This document shows, piece by piece, positions 36,673 through 47,474 of a stretch of 64,000 bases of DNA. This DNA comes from a candidate division TA06 bacterium 32_111 (lineage in GTDB: Bacteria; Hydrothermota; 32-111). The stretch spans positions 11,179 to 75,178 of the forward strand of contig LGFX01000002.1 in NCBI GenBank assembly GCA_001508335.1. Direction: 5' to 3'. Below the pieces are notes generated by a model. It had not been told where the DNA came from, did not search any database, and was given only the letters and a program-made list of their open reading frames with translations. The translations under genes and the position numbers were made by a program. Every line of letters begins with the position of its first letter. Positions within the stretch are counted from its first letter, which is position 1.

Positions 36673-37894
36673 GTCCACTTCTAAGTTTTGGCTCAAACCA
36701 TGTTGATTTTGGAGGCATAACATTTCCAGAGTCTGCAACAGTCATCAACTGCTCCATACTTGTCGGATACATAGCAAAAGCTACCATATACTCTTTTGAA
36801 TCAACAAGTTTCTGCAACTCCTCGATTCCTCTTATCCCGCCAACGAAATTTATCCTTTTATCGGTTCTCGGTTCCTTTATTCCCAAAATTGGATCCAAAA
36901 CATTTTCCTGCAAAATGGAGACATCAAGAGATTTTATTGGATCGGTTCTAAATATTATCTCTTCGTTTGCTTCCAATCTGTACCATTTTTTATCAAGATA
37001 CATTGTGAAAGAATGTATCTTTTCAGGCTTCTGGGACTTTTTCAATTCTATAACATTGAATTTCTTTTTCAAAAGTTTCAAGAATTTTTCTTTCGAAAGA
37101 CCATTCAGATCTTTAACTACCCTGTTGTAATCCATAATCTTTAACTGGTCATCAGGATAAATAACGGAAAGGAAAAAGTTGAACTCTTCTTTTCCGGTAT
37201 ACTTTTTAAGATTCTCTCTCCTTTTTTTGGCAACTCTGACAGCTGCAGCTGACCTATGATGTCCATCTGCTACATAAAGGTTTTCAATCTTTGCAAAAAG
37301 TTTTACCAACCTTTCTATAACCTTTTCATCCTTGACAATATAAAATATATGCCTTACATCGAGTTCATCTTTAAAATCGTATTCAGGTTTATTTTTCTCT
37401 ATAAAATCTTTAACAATATCATCTATCTCTTTTTCCTTCCTGTATGTAAGGAAAACAGGACCAGTGTTAGCATCAATTATGTCAACATGCATAGCCCTTT
37501 CTATCTCTTTATCCTCCCTAGTATGTTCATGTTTTTTTATAACATCTTTTATATAGTCATCAACAGATGCACAAGCAACTATTCCTGTCTGTTCATGTTT
37601 ACCCATTATCTGTTTATAGATGTAAAGGTAATCATCCTTATCCTGAAATAAAACTTTATCTTTTAAAAATTTTTCAAAATTTTCTTTACCTTTTACAAAA
37701 ATCCTTTCGTCGTGAACATTCCAATCATCTGGGCATTCTATTTCAGATTTCTCAATTCTTAAGAAAGAGTACTTTTTATCTTTAACATACTCTCTCGCTT
37801 CCTTTACCGAAACAACATCGTATGGTGGTGCTGCAACTTCGCTAACCAAATTTTTAACCGGTCTTATACCTTTAAATGGATGAATCACTGCCAT
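36650..37894 (-). CDS. DUF1015 family protein
   Basis: The MAVIHPFKGIRP N-terminus is typical of DUF1015. Convergent with, and overlapping, the permease gene end. Confidence 0.5.
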   Translation of the reverse strand: MAVIHPFKGIRPVKNLVSEVAAPPYDVVSVKEAREYVKDKKYSFLRIEKSEIECPDDWNVHDERIFVKGKENFEKFLKDKVLFQDKDDYLYIYKQIMGKHEQTGIVACASVDDYIKDVIKKHEHTREDKEIERAMHVDIIDANTGPVFLTYRKEKEIDDIVKDFIEKNKPEYDFKDELDVRHIFYIVKDEKVIERLVKLFAKIENLYVADGHHRSAAAVRVAKKRRENLKKYTGKEEFNFFLSVIYPDDQLKIMDYNRVVKDLNGLSKEKFLKLLKKKFNVIELKKSQKPEKIHSFTMYLDKKWYRLEANEEIIFRTDPIKSLDVSILQENVLDPILGIKEPRTDKRINFVGGIRGIEELQKLVDSKEYMVAFAMYPTSMEQLMTVADSGNVMPPKSTWFEPKLRSGLIVHKLS

Positions 37895-37907
37895 ATATTT
37901 CTCCTTC

Positions 37908-39158
37908 TTACCATGCGAAAAGTTTAAACTGTGAAGTAAACTCTTTTACCTCTTCTCTGACTTTATTTATCTCTTCCTCATTCTCAATATTTGAAAGTAC
38001 CCTATCTATGAATGTTGCTATTTTTTTCATATCATCCTCTTTCATCCCCCTCGTTGTCATGGCTGGTGTCCCAACCCTTATACCACTGGTAACGAAAGGT
38101 TTCTCTGGATCGAATGGAATAGTATTTTTATTCACGGTTATTCCAGCTCTATCCAAAGCTTTCTCTGCAACTTTTCCGGTCAACTTTTTGCTCCTAAGAT
38201 CAACAAGCATAAGATGTGTATCCGTTCCACCTGAAACCAATCTGTAACCTTTCTCCTTCAAGGATTCAGCCAACTGTTTTGCATTCTTTAGAACCTGTTT
38301 TTGATATTCAACGAAAGATGGGGAGAGAGCTTCTTTGAATGCTACAGCCTTCGCAGCTATAACATGCATCAAAGGTCCACCTTGAATTCCTGGGAAGAGC
38401 GTCTTATCTATCAAGGCAGCATGTTCCTCCTTACATAAAACCAAACCACCTCTCGGTCCCCTTAAAGTTTTGTGTGTTGTTGAAGTAACAACATCAGCAT
38501 AGGGAACTGGAGATGGGTGTAAACCTGCTGCAACGAGTCCTGCGATATGTGCTATATCTACAACAAGTTTTGCACCAACCTCATCCGCTATCTCTCTGAA
38601 TTTAGGAAAATCAAAAAATCTCGGATAGGCACTCGCACCTGTTATTATCATTTTAGGTTTTACCTCTTTTGCGAGTTCCTTAAGTTTAGAGTAATCTATA
38701 ACTTCAGTATCCTTTTCAACTCCATAATGAACAGCGTTGTACAAGATACCAGAAAAACTTATCGGGTGTCCATGTGTAAGGTGTCCACCATGTGAAAGAT
38801 TAAGCCCCATAAAAGTATCATGTGGCTTCAAAAAAGCAAGGTAAGCAACCATATTTGCCTGTGAACCACAGTGAGGTTGAACGTTAGCATGATCGGATTT
38901 AAAAAGTTGTTTGGCTCTTTCCCTAGCGAGATTTTCAGCAACATCAACAAACTCGCAACCACCATAATATCTTTTACCAGGATACCCTTCAGCATACTTG
39001 TTCGTCATTACACTTCCTAAAGCCTCAAGAACAGCATCCGAAACAAAGTTTTCTGATGCTATAAGTTCTATCTTTTCGTTCTGTCTTCTCTTTTCGTTCT
39101 CTATAGCTTCGAAAATTTCAAGATCAACCCTTTTTAAATTTTCCTTTTCCATAATCAC
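37908..39158 (-). CDS. glyA: serine hydroxymethyltransferase
   Basis: The motif [12 protein letters not shown] contains the PLP-binding lysine. Length 416 aa. Confidence 0.95.
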   Translation of the reverse strand: MIMEKENLKRVDLEIFEAIENEKRRQNEKIELIASENFVSDAVLEALGSVMTNKYAEGYPGKRYYGGCEFVDVAENLARERAKQLFKSDHANVQPHCGSQANMVAYLAFLKPHDTFMGLNLSHGGHLTHGHPISFSGILYNAVHYGVEKDTEVIDYSKLKELAKEVKPKMIITGASAYPRFFDFPKFREIADEVGAKLVVDIAHIAGLVAAGLHPSPVPYADVVTSTTHKTLRGPRGGLVLCKEEHAALIDKTLFPGIQGGPLMHVIAAKAVAFKEALSPSFVEYQKQVLKNAKQLAESLKEKGYRLVSGGTDTHLMLVDLRSKKLTGKVAEKALDRAGITVNKNTIPFDPEKPFVTSGIRVGTPAMTTRGMKEDDMKKIATFIDRVLSNIENEEEINKVREEVKEFTSQFKLFAW

Positions 39159-39161
39159 TCC

Positions 39162-40172
39162 TTATTTTTTCAGTTCAACTGTTTGTGTTGGGAAAGCAAA
39201 ATTTATTCCTTCCCTGTCAAAATTGTATTTAACGAGATAATGAAAATCCTCTTTTATCGCACCTATATCCCTGTTTTTGTTTACCGCAAAATTAACATAA
39301 AGATTTAAAGAGTACTGATCGAATTTATAGAAACCAACATTTATAGAATTCTTCTCCTTAATCCTTTCATCATCGTTTAAAATTTTTGTAACTATGTCCG
39401 CTGCTTTTTTGATGGTTTCAACTGGAGTTTTATATTCAAGTTGCAAAACATATGAGATTTTGACTATATCGTTTTCCATATGGTTTATTATCTTACTTTT
39501 CGCAACTATACTGTTAGGAAAAACAACTATCTTGTTATCGTACCTTTTCAACTTCGTTGTTCTTAGACCTATACTGACTATATATCCCACTTCACCATTT
39601 ATCTCGACAAGATCTCCAACATTTAGAATTTTTGAAAAGAAAATCGTCATCCCACCTATAAGGTTCGATAAAAGGTCCTGAGCAGTAAGAGCTATAGCTG
39701 CACTCCCTATTCCAAGACCTGTTATGAGGGAGATAACGTTTACACCAAGGATGCTCAAAGTAACAGTTAGTGCAACTATAAGAGAAAAGATCAATACTGT
39801 TTTTTTAAGAAGTGACTCTATCTGTAGGGAGAGATTGACTCGCTGTTTCAAAAGTTCGTCCCTGTAAATCCTTTCTATCAAAAAATTCATTAAAGAAACG
39901 AATAGGAAAGTAAAGGTAAAAACATATAATATTTTTGTAAGATTAAGAACAATATTGTAAACCTGAGTATATTTTGTAAAGAATATTAGAGATATATGAA
40001 AAGATATTGAATAGATTAGTAATATGTAAAAGAGAAAAAATCTTCTAATTGTATTCGATTTTTTTCCTTTAAAAAAAATAAGTAAAAAGAGGGTTATTGA
40101 AGTTGAGATAAGTATAAAAAGTAAAAATAAAAGGTAAGAACTCAATTTGTTATCAAATATAATTTTATCCAC
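39162..40172 (-). CDS. mechanosensitive ion channel (MscS family)
   Basis: N-terminal TM helices then the MscS beta domain (VGDLVEINGEVGYIVSIGLRTTKLKRYDNKIVVFPNS). Confidence 0.8.
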   Translation of the reverse strand: MDKIIFDNKLSSYLLFLLFILISTSITLFLLIFFKGKKSNTIRRFFLFYILLIYSISFHISLIFFTKYTQVYNIVLNLTKILYVFTFTFLFVSLMNFLIERIYRDELLKQRVNLSLQIESLLKKTVLIFSLIVALTVTLSILGVNVISLITGLGIGSAAIALTAQDLLSNLIGGMTIFFSKILNVGDLVEINGEVGYIVSIGLRTTKLKRYDNKIVVFPNSIVAKSKIINHMENDIVKISYVLQLEYKTPVETIKKAADIVTKILNDDERIKEKNSINVGFYKFDQYSLNLYVNFAVNKNRDIGAIKEDFHYLVKYNFDREGINFAFPTQTVELKK

Positions 40173-41368
40173 TATCTTTTCCTTTTATTGTACTCTTTTA
40201 TCCCAAGAGATAATATCTTTATAGCATCTTCGAGTTCTACTGTATTTAAAACATAGGCTATCCTCACCTCATCCTTCCCCTTATCAGGTGAAGCATAAAA
40301 TCCGTTCGCTGGAGCAACCATAACAGTCTTTCCATCAACTTCAAAATCCGTTAACATCCATTTTGCAAAATTATCAGCATCATCCACAGGTAGTTTTACA
40401 ACAACATAGAAAGCACCTTCAGGTTTTCTTGTAAAAACACCTTCAACATTTTTTAGGTTTTCGTAAACAACATCTCTTCTCTTTTGATATTCCGTTATCA
40501 TCTCCTTCATAAAACTCTTCATATTTTTATAACCTTCAATCATACCTATCTGTTCTATAGTTGGAGGACATAATCTCGCCTGTCCAAGTTTTAAAATACC
40601 GTTTAAAGCATTTCTATTTTTTGTTACAAGGTATCCTATCCTCGCCCCACAAGCTGAGAACCTTTTAGATATAGAATCGAGCATTATGGAGTTCTCTTCA
40701 GAACCTTCTACTTCAAGAACCGAAGTATGTTTTTTGTTATCAAAAACAAACTCCCTGTAAACCTCATCTGAAAGAACAAAAATTTTGTGTTTTTTTGCGA
40801 TGTTAACAACCATCTCCATCTCATCTTTCGTAAATATAGTTCCCGTTGGATTGTTTGGAGTACAAACAAGGATTGCTCTCGTTTTTGATGTTATAAGTTT
40901 TTCAAACTCCTTTTCATCTGGAAGATGAAAACCTGTTTCCACTTTTGTAAGAAGTGGAACTACCTTCAAACCAGCCATAGATGCGAAACCGTTATAGTTA
41001 GTATAGAAAGGTTCTGGAATTATTATCTCATCCCCAGGATCGGCAACAGCCATCATAGCAAAAATTATTGCTTCAGATCCACCTGTTGTAATAAAAACTT
41101 CGTTAGGATTAACACCGTATCCAAGTCCATTAAGATAGTCAGCAACAGTCTCTCTTGCGACCTTTAATCCCTGCGAAGGTCCATAAGCGAGAACACGTTC
41201 AGAATAGTTTTTTATCGCATCATAAATATAGTTTGGTGTTGGAATATCAGGCTGTCCAATATTAAGATGATACACCTTTATCCCTCTACTTTTAGCATCA
41301 TCTGAATATGATAAAAGTTTTCTTATTGGTGATTCCTGCATACTATTTACTCTTTCTGATATCTTCAT
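40172..41368 (-). CDS. class I/II pyridoxal-phosphate-dependent aminotransferase (aspartate aminotransferase-like)
   Basis: SPIRKL start region, SISKRFSACGARIGY with the PLP lysine, NPTG motif. Confidence 0.85.
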   Translation of the reverse strand: MKISERVNSMQESPIRKLLSYSDDAKSRGIKVYHLNIGQPDIPTPNYIYDAIKNYSERVLAYGPSQGLKVARETVADYLNGLGYGVNPNEVFITTGGSEAIIFAMMAVADPGDEIIIPEPFYTNYNGFASMAGLKVVPLLTKVETGFHLPDEKEFEKLITSKTRAILVCTPNNPTGTIFTKDEMEMVVNIAKKHKIFVLSDEVYREFVFDNKKHTSVLEVEGSEENSIMLDSISKRFSACGARIGYLVTKNRNALNGILKLGQARLCPPTIEQIGMIEGYKNMKSFMKEMITEYQKRRDVVYENLKNVEGVFTRKPEGAFYVVVKLPVDDADNFAKWMLTDFEVDGKTVMVAPANGFYASPDKGKDEVRIAYVLNTVELEDAIKILSLGIKEYNKRKR

Positions 41369-41567
41369 TTAATTCCTCCATTTTATCTTTTCTTTCCTTT
41401 CCCAACCTTTTTATCTCATTTAAGACTTCCTCTTTCTTTAAAATATTCTTACTTTCAAGAACATTCACAAGTGCCTCTATAGAGAGTGCATTAGTATAAA
41501 ACATCTCCGCAGGAGATAATTTTACTTTCAAAAGTTTACTATCTTTTTTCTTTTTAAATAGTTTCAT
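41343..41567 (-). CDS. small K/E-rich hypothetical protein (74 aa)
   Basis: ORF only; overlaps the neighbouring small ORF by 4 nt. Confidence 0.3.
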   Translation of the reverse strand: MKLFKKKKDSKLLKVKLSPAEMFYTNALSIEALVNVLESKNILKKEEVLNEIKRLGKERKDKMEELNEDIRKSK

Positions 41568-41881
41568 CTTAACCTCACTATCGCATACCCTAAACCTATA
41601 CCCATAAAATCGTATATAAGATCCTTATAAGAAACAGTTCCATCAGTAAAATTATCATAAACCTCTTTTCCAAACGAAAAGAGAACCGGAATACTTACAG
41701 AAAATGTTAAATTCAGCGTTTCATCTTTATCTTTAACTAAACTTTTAACAAAGAGAGATGTTGATGCCGTTATAGCGAAAGTTGTGAAGAGATGATCTAT
41801 CTTATCTTTTGAAAAGAAGGGATCGGAAAAAACATTTTGAATGAAAAGAATGATAAAAAAGAGAATCAAAAATTTACGCAT
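41564..41881 (-). CDS. small secreted/membrane hypothetical protein (105 aa)
   Basis: Signal peptide MRKFLILFFIILFIQNVFS. Confidence 0.35.
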   Translation of the reverse strand: MRKFLILFFIILFIQNVFSDPFFSKDKIDHLFTTFAITASTSLFVKSLVKDKDETLNLTFSVSIPVLFSFGKEVYDNFTDGTVSYKDLIYDFMGIGLGYAIVRLR

Positions 41882-42807
41882 TTTTCAGGTCTCCTTTTTT
41901 CAATAAGAACCTCAACTACAGATCTAACACATATCTTTGCCATCTTTTCTCTTGTTTCTTCAGTTGCACTTCCTATGTGAGGAAGCAAAACAACATTCTT
42001 CATTTTAAGTAGTTCTTCTTCTATAAGAGGTTCATTCTCATAAACATCAAGCCCTGCACCTGATATGATATTGTTTTTTAAAGCATAAACAAGATCTTTT
42101 TCCTTGATTATCTTTCCTCTCGCTGTATTTATTATAATAACATTTTTTTTCATCTTTTTAAAGACTTCAATATCGAACCTGTAGAGAGTGGTTTCATTCA
42201 AAGGAGCGTTAATTGATATGAAATCAGATTGTTTTATAAGTTTTTCAAAATCTACCTTTCTTGCTAAAGTTTCATCTTTTACATTTTCATCGGTAAAGAT
42301 AATATCCATCCCGAAACCTTTCGCTCTTCTTGCAACAGCCTTTCCAATTCTTCCAAATCCATATATTCCTAAAGTTTTTCCAAAAAGATCTTTTCCAAGA
42401 AGAAGATCTGGTTTCCATCCTTTAAACTCACCTTTTCTAACAAACTCATCACTTTCAACAATTCTCCTTGTTACAGAAAGGAGTAAAGCGAAAGCTACAT
42501 CTGCGGTTGCTTCCGTTAGAACATCGGGAGTGTTTGTTACAAAAATATTTTTTTCTTTTGCATAAGAAGTATCAATGTTATCATATCCAACAGCGTAGTT
42601 GGCTACAACTTTCAAGTTCTTACCTTTTTCTAAAATATTCCTATCTATCCTGTTGCTCAAAAGGGATATTATCCCATCATACTTTTCAACTATTTGAAGA
42701 ATTTCTTCATAGGAAATGCCAGTTTCAAAGATATCAACTTCGATTCCATTTTCGTTAAGATACCTTTTTGTGTCAAAAGGTAAACTGTAAGTTTGTAAAA
42801 CCTTCAT
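41866..42807 (-). CDS. D-isomer-specific 2-hydroxyacid dehydrogenase (glyoxylate/hydroxypyruvate reductase-like)
   Basis: GIYGFGRIGKAVARRA NAD-binding motif and catalytic region. The likely start is the Met at 42807 (SD AGGAGA) rather than at 42849. Confidence 0.8.
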   Translation of the reverse strand: MKVLQTYSLPFDTKRYLNENGIEVDIFETGISYEEILQIVEKYDGIISLLSNRIDRNILEKGKNLKVVANYAVGYDNIDTSYAKEKNIFVTNTPDVLTEATADVAFALLLSVTRRIVESDEFVRKGEFKGWKPDLLLGKDLFGKTLGIYGFGRIGKAVARRAKGFGMDIIFTDENVKDETLARKVDFEKLIKQSDFISINAPLNETTLYRFDIEVFKKMKKNVIIINTARGKIIKEKDLVYALKNNIISGAGLDVYENEPLIEEELLKMKNVVLLPHIGSATEETREKMAKICVRSVVEVLIEKRRPEKCVNF

Positions 42808-43352
42808 AAGCCTAAATCTCCTGCTATTGATTTCATAGAATCGAGACATATTTGAATGAAATCTTCAAGTTTTAAACCTGTTTCCTCAATCATCTGTATC
42901 TGTTCTCTGTTGGCACCAGCTGCGAACCTTTTTTCTTTAAATCTTCTTAAAATAAAATCTAAATCGATTTTTTCTATCTTTTTCTCAGGATGCATCAAAG
43001 TGGCAGCAACTATTAGCCCAGTAAGAGGATCAACTGAGTACAAAACTTTTTCAATAAGTTTTTTTCTTTCCTTATGACCGGGATGAGCGAGAATAGCATC
43101 AAGAATATCTTCAGTAACATCACACCCTTTTAAAATTTCCAGAGTTATATACCCATGTTTTTGGGGTTCTTTCGCTGTTTCCCTATAATCGAGATCATGT
43201 AAAAGTCCAGCGAGAGCCCATTCCTCTTCGTTCTGGTTAAAATGTTTTGCCAAACCTCTCATACATGATTCACAAGCGAGCATATGTTTTATAAGGTTAA
43301 CATTATCAACATTCTTTTTTACAAGTTCTAAAGCTTCATCCCTCTTTATCAT
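42804..43352 (-). CDS. HD-domain phosphohydrolase
   Basis: LLHDLDY HD motif. The likely start is 43352 (MIKRDEALELVKK) with strong SD AAGGAG. Confidence 0.6.
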   Translation of the reverse strand: MIKRDEALELVKKNVDNVNLIKHMLACESCMRGLAKHFNQNEEEWALAGLLHDLDYRETAKEPQKHGYITLEILKGCDVTEDILDAILAHPGHKERKKLIEKVLYSVDPLTGLIVAATLMHPEKKIEKIDLDFILRRFKEKRFAAGANREQIQMIEETGLKLEDFIQICLDSMKSIAGDLGL

Positions 43353-43365
43353 TTGGACTCCTTTC

Positions 43366-44172
43366 TCATTTCTCTTTAGTTTTTCTTTTCGCAATATTTT
43401 CATAAAGATTCAGATACTTGAAGATCGAATCGGTCAGTCCAACCTTATAATAATATTTAACAAGTCTATCGTAAGCATCAAAATATGTTGAATCGATTGA
43501 AATTACTTTTTTTATAATTTCAATACCATTCTTTTCATTTTTTGTTTTCATGTTAAGTTCAGCATAATTCATCAAAAGTTGACAGTCGGAAGAATCAACT
43601 GAAATCCCTTTCTCATAATAATTTTTTGCTTTTTCAAAATTGCCCTGTAAAAATTCGATGTTCCCAAGAAACTTATAAGATTCAATATTATTTCCCTCCA
43701 ATTCAATCGATTTCAACAAAAATTTTTTAGCATTTTCAAAATCATTCCTTTTAACATATAATTTACCGAAAAGGAGACAAATCTTATAATTTTCGGGTGA
43801 AAAGTGTTCAGCCTTCTTCAAATAGTACTCTGAAGAATCGTTTTCCCCTTTTTTATAAAATGATAGCGAGTAATTATAGAAAAGTGTTCCTACAATGTTT
43901 TCTATTCCTGAAAAATCACCTCTTATATTCTCATATCTCTTCGTATGTAAAACAGCTCTCTTCGTGTCGTACAACTTTTCATCTGAAAGATAGATAATAT
44001 CAGCGAGAACTTTCTTTTCAGGATTGGTTTTAAATTTTTCTTCAGCAATTTTTAAAGCTTTCTCATACTCTCCTTTTTCCATATATTTTCTATAATCGTT
44101 CTGAGAACATGAAATAAAAAATATTAAAGAAAATAAAAGTATTTCATAGAATCTTTTCATAACCTTTCCCAT
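43366..44172 (-). CDS. TPR-repeat lipoprotein
   Basis: Signal peptide FISCSQ lipobox and repeated TPR-like YxxxGxxxxxxxxYxxAxxYY units. Confidence 0.5.
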   Translation of the reverse strand: MGKVMKRFYEILLFSLIFFISCSQNDYRKYMEKGEYEKALKIAEEKFKTNPEKKVLADIIYLSDEKLYDTKRAVLHTKRYENIRGDFSGIENIVGTLFYNYSLSFYKKGENDSSEYYLKKAEHFSPENYKICLLFGKLYVKRNDFENAKKFLLKSIELEGNNIESYKFLGNIEFLQGNFEKAKNYYEKGISVDSSDCQLLMNYAELNMKTKNEKNGIEIIKKVISIDSTYFDAYDRLVKYYYKVGLTDSIFKYLNLYENIAKRKTKEK

Positions 44173-45181
44173 TTTTGATAATCAAACTTTCAAATCTAAC
44201 ACCATATTTTGAAGGTAAGAAAATTGAGGATGTCAGTTTAAAAATTTCTCCATTTTTAACGGTTCTTTCAGTTATAAATGTGTTCACTTCACCTGTTCCT
44301 GCACATGACACATAGGAGAATCCGTATTCAATTGACATTTTCTCAAGTTTGTGACTTTTTAAATACTCTCTATAGCCCATCTCACATTCCTTTATTCTGT
44401 TATTTTTTAAAAGTGAAGCGAGAAGGACATCTATACCATCTTTTGCAATATTTAGGATTTTCTCCTTATTCTTTGATAACTTTCCAAATGGAAAACTTTT
44501 AGAGAAGGAAAAACCAACACCACTTTTCATAATACCAATATCCAAGACTACTATTCTGTTATTTTTCAAAATATCACCGTTCAATGTTGGATAGATTGTT
44601 TTTGGATCAAAACCAACATAAGTAGGTAGATACCTTTTAAAACCATCCTCATATATTAAAAGATCAACAGCATTTCTTAAGTGAACATCTTTGATCCCCA
44701 CTTTAAGCATTTCTTCAACTTTTCCAAAAATCTTTTCCATCCTTTGGGCAATTTTTATAATCTTTGAAATCTCATTTTTACTTTTATAACTACCCAAAGT
44801 TTTAGAAGGGGAAATAAACTTGAAAGTAACAAAATCCTTGAAATACAAAGAGAAGGATGAGTTTAAAAGTCCAACTCTGGTGATTCCATTTCCCTTTAAA
44901 ATTTCAAGCCACTCTTTTAAAAACAGTTTTCCATTTTTAAGGTATTCGAGCGTATCACCCTTTACAAGTTCAACGTTACCAATATTTTTGACCTCAGGAT
45001 ATAAAAGATAATCAACTATAAGATAAACTTTTCTTTTCCCGATAAAGAGATTGGCATCATACTCACCATAGTTGAAAGATAGATCCTTTTCAAGAAGATC
45101 AAAAACCTGTTCTGGATCATCAATAAATATCATCTCTTTCTCTTTCAGAAGTTTTTGAATTATTTTAATTTTATTTTCCAT
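44144..45181 (-). CDS. M24-family (creatinase/prolidase pita-bread fold)-like protein, possibly with degenerate metal ligands
   Basis: C-terminal GEIFKLTSSIFLPSKYGVRFESLIIKNGKGYEKIL resembles the M24 GMVFTIEPGIY...GVRIED.V motif, but several metal-binding residues are not obvious. Confidence 0.35.
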   Translation of the reverse strand: MENKIKIIQKLLKEKEMIFIDDPEQVFDLLEKDLSFNYGEYDANLFIGKRKVYLIVDYLLYPEVKNIGNVELVKGDTLEYLKNGKLFLKEWLEILKGNGITRVGLLNSSFSLYFKDFVTFKFISPSKTLGSYKSKNEISKIIKIAQRMEKIFGKVEEMLKVGIKDVHLRNAVDLLIYEDGFKRYLPTYVGFDPKTIYPTLNGDILKNNRIVVLDIGIMKSGVGFSFSKSFPFGKLSKNKEKILNIAKDGIDVLLASLLKNNRIKECEMGYREYLKSHKLEKMSIEYGFSYVSCAGTGEVNTFITERTVKNGEIFKLTSSIFLPSKYGVRFESLIIKNGKGYEKIL

Positions 45182-46214
45182 ATTTTCTCAACTCTTCGTA
45201 AAAATTTTTCAACACCTTATCAATAGGTCCTTTTTGAACTATCTCACCTTTTTTAAAAAGAACCCCAATATCCTTTCCTCCAGTTATACCTATATCTGCA
45301 TCTTTTGCTTCACCAGGCCCATTAACAACACACCCCATAACCGCTACCTTAACATTACTCTTTACATTTTCAAGTATATTTTCAACCTCTTTCTGAACGG
45401 AAACAACATCGAAAGTTGTCCTGCTACATGTTGGGCACGCTATAACATCTGGTACATTAGAAGACATATGAATGGAAGAGAGAATTATCTTTGCAGTGTC
45501 GATCTCATATACAGGTGAATCTGAAAGTGATACCCTTATAGTATCGCCAACTCCATTAAGAAGAAGGTATGAAATACCTATAGAGTTCTTTATAGATCCC
45601 CTTAAAATTCCACCAGCCTCGGTTACTCCAAGATGGACAGGGAAATCTAACTCTTTCAATTTTAAATTAGCTTTTATCATCTCTATAACATCTGAAGATT
45701 TAACCGATAAAATGAGTTTATCGAATCCTTTATCTAAAAAAAATTCAACAGATTTTTTTATTGATTCAAAAAGAGCATCAGAACTTGGATAATTATACTT
45801 CTTTAAAATTTCTTTTTCAAGAGAGCCACCGTTGACACCAATTCTTATGGGAACATCTTTTTCCTTTGCAACCTTTATAATTTCTGAAAGATTTCTTTTT
45901 GAGATATTTCCCGGATTTATTCTTATCTTGGCACATCCTATATCAATTGCCGAAATTGCGAGTTTATAATCAAAATGTATATCCGCTATTATAGGACATG
46001 GTGAATCTTTAACTATCTTTTTCAAAGAGTCCTTACATTTTATATCAGGGTATGAAACTCTAACAATTTGTGCACCCCTTTCATATAATTGGTTTATCTG
46101 ATCTAAAGTACTTTTATAATCCTCAGTTTTTGTGTTGGTCATCGATTGTATAACAACCGGATGTTTCCCTCCGATTGGTATATTCCCAACGTAAACTGTT
46201 TTTTTAGAATTCAT
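45171..46214 (-). CDS. ispG: 4-hydroxy-3-methylbut-2-en-1-yl diphosphate synthase
   Basis: YVGNIPIGGKHPVVIQSMTNT start and the C-terminal Cys triad (ACPTCSR...GCVVNG). Confidence 0.9.
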   Translation of the reverse strand: MNSKKTVYVGNIPIGGKHPVVIQSMTNTKTEDYKSTLDQINQLYERGAQIVRVSYPDIKCKDSLKKIVKDSPCPIIADIHFDYKLAISAIDIGCAKIRINPGNISKRNLSEIIKVAKEKDVPIRIGVNGGSLEKEILKKYNYPSSDALFESIKKSVEFFLDKGFDKLILSVKSSDVIEMIKANLKLKELDFPVHLGVTEAGGILRGSIKNSIGISYLLLNGVGDTIRVSLSDSPVYEIDTAKIILSSIHMSSNVPDVIACPTCSRTTFDVVSVQKEVENILENVKSNVKVAVMGCVVNGPGEAKDADIGITGGKDIGVLFKKGEIVQKGPIDKVLKNFYEELRKYGK

Positions 46215-47473
46215 TCTTCAACCCTTTTAATTTTAGCACCCAACTTCCTTAACTTCTTCTCTATAGATTCGTATCCCCTATCTATATGATATATCCTTTT
46301 TATCTCACTCTCCCCTTCAGCTGCGAGTGCTGCTAAAACAAGAGCAGCCGATGCCCTGAGATCTGAAGCCATAACAGGTGCACCTAAAAGTTTTTTTACA
46401 CCTTTTATTATAGCTTTGTTTGAATCTATTGTAATATTCGCACCCATCCTTAAAAGTTCGGGAACATGCATAAACCTTTTCTCAAAAATATTTTCAGAAA
46501 CAATTGATATTCCATCAACAAGGGAAAGTAAGGAGACAAACTGTGCCTGCATATCAGTTGGAAAAAATGGATAGGGTAGAACATCTATATTTACAGGTTT
46601 CAAAATTCTCGATGACTTGATGTATATTTCATTTTCACCTATTGATAATTTAAACCCTATCTCCTTCAACTTGTTCAAAACTGCATCCATATGGCCGGGG
46701 TTACATTTTTTTAAAAGTAACTCCCCACCTGTTATCGCTGCGGATACAAGTAAAGTCCCTGCTTCTATCCTATCAGGAATCACACTGTATTCAGCAGGAA
46801 AAAGTTTTTCAACACCATCTATAGTTAAAACTGGAGAATCTATGCCCGTTATCTTTGCTCCCATACTGTTAAGGAATCTCGCCACATCTGAAACTTCTGG
46901 TTCTACAGCTGCACCTTTTATTATGGTTTTCCCTTCAGCTTTAACTGCGGCCATCATAACATTTATAGTTGCACCAACAGATGTTCCTTTACTTCCCTCC
47001 AGAAACATCTCCTTCCCTTTCAACTTCTTGCATCTTGCCTTTACATAACCTTTTTCCAACTTTATATCACATCCAAGTTCCTTAAAACCTTTCAAATGTA
47101 GATCTATAGGCCTTTCACCTATAGCACAACCTCCAGGTAAAGATGCATCAACTTTTCCCTTCCTTCCTATCAAAGAGCCCATAACATAATATGAAGCCCT
47201 CATCTTTCTAACAAAATCGTAGGGAGCAACATATCCAACTTTTGAAGGCACATCTATTAAAAGAGTATTTCTTTTAAACGTTACCTTTGCTCCCAAATAC
47301 TCCAAAACCTTTATCATATGTTTCACATCATCAACATCGGGAACATTTTTTATAACACTTCTTCCAGTTGTCAGTAAGGTTGCTACCATTATAGGCAGAA
47401 CAGAATTCTTTGAACCGGATGCGTTCAATTCACCTGAAAGTTTTACTCCACCTTTTATTATAAATTTATCCAT
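46211..47473 (-). CDS. murA: UDP-N-acetylglucosamine 1-carboxyvinyltransferase
   Basis: MDKFIIKGGVKLSGEL start, catalytic Cys in the LPGGCAIG loop, 420 aa. Confidence 0.9.
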   Translation of the reverse strand: MDKFIIKGGVKLSGELNASGSKNSVLPIMVATLLTTGRSVIKNVPDVDDVKHMIKVLEYLGAKVTFKRNTLLIDVPSKVGYVAPYDFVRKMRASYYVMGSLIGRKGKVDASLPGGCAIGERPIDLHLKGFKELGCDIKLEKGYVKARCKKLKGKEMFLEGSKGTSVGATINVMMAAVKAEGKTIIKGAAVEPEVSDVARFLNSMGAKITGIDSPVLTIDGVEKLFPAEYSVIPDRIEAGTLLVSAAITGGELLLKKCNPGHMDAVLNKLKEIGFKLSIGENEIYIKSSRILKPVNIDVLPYPFFPTDMQAQFVSLLSLVDGISIVSENIFEKRFMHVPELLRMGANITIDSNKAIIKGVKKLLGAPVMASDLRASAALVLAALAAEGESEIKRIYHIDRGYESIEKKLRKLGAKIKRVEE

Positions 47474-47474
47474 A

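Noticed and set aside
42188-42758. Two plus-strand ORFs (125 and 96 aa) inside the 2-hydroxyacid dehydrogenase gene
   Set aside because: They are antisense to a conserved enzyme gene, with no SD and low complexity.
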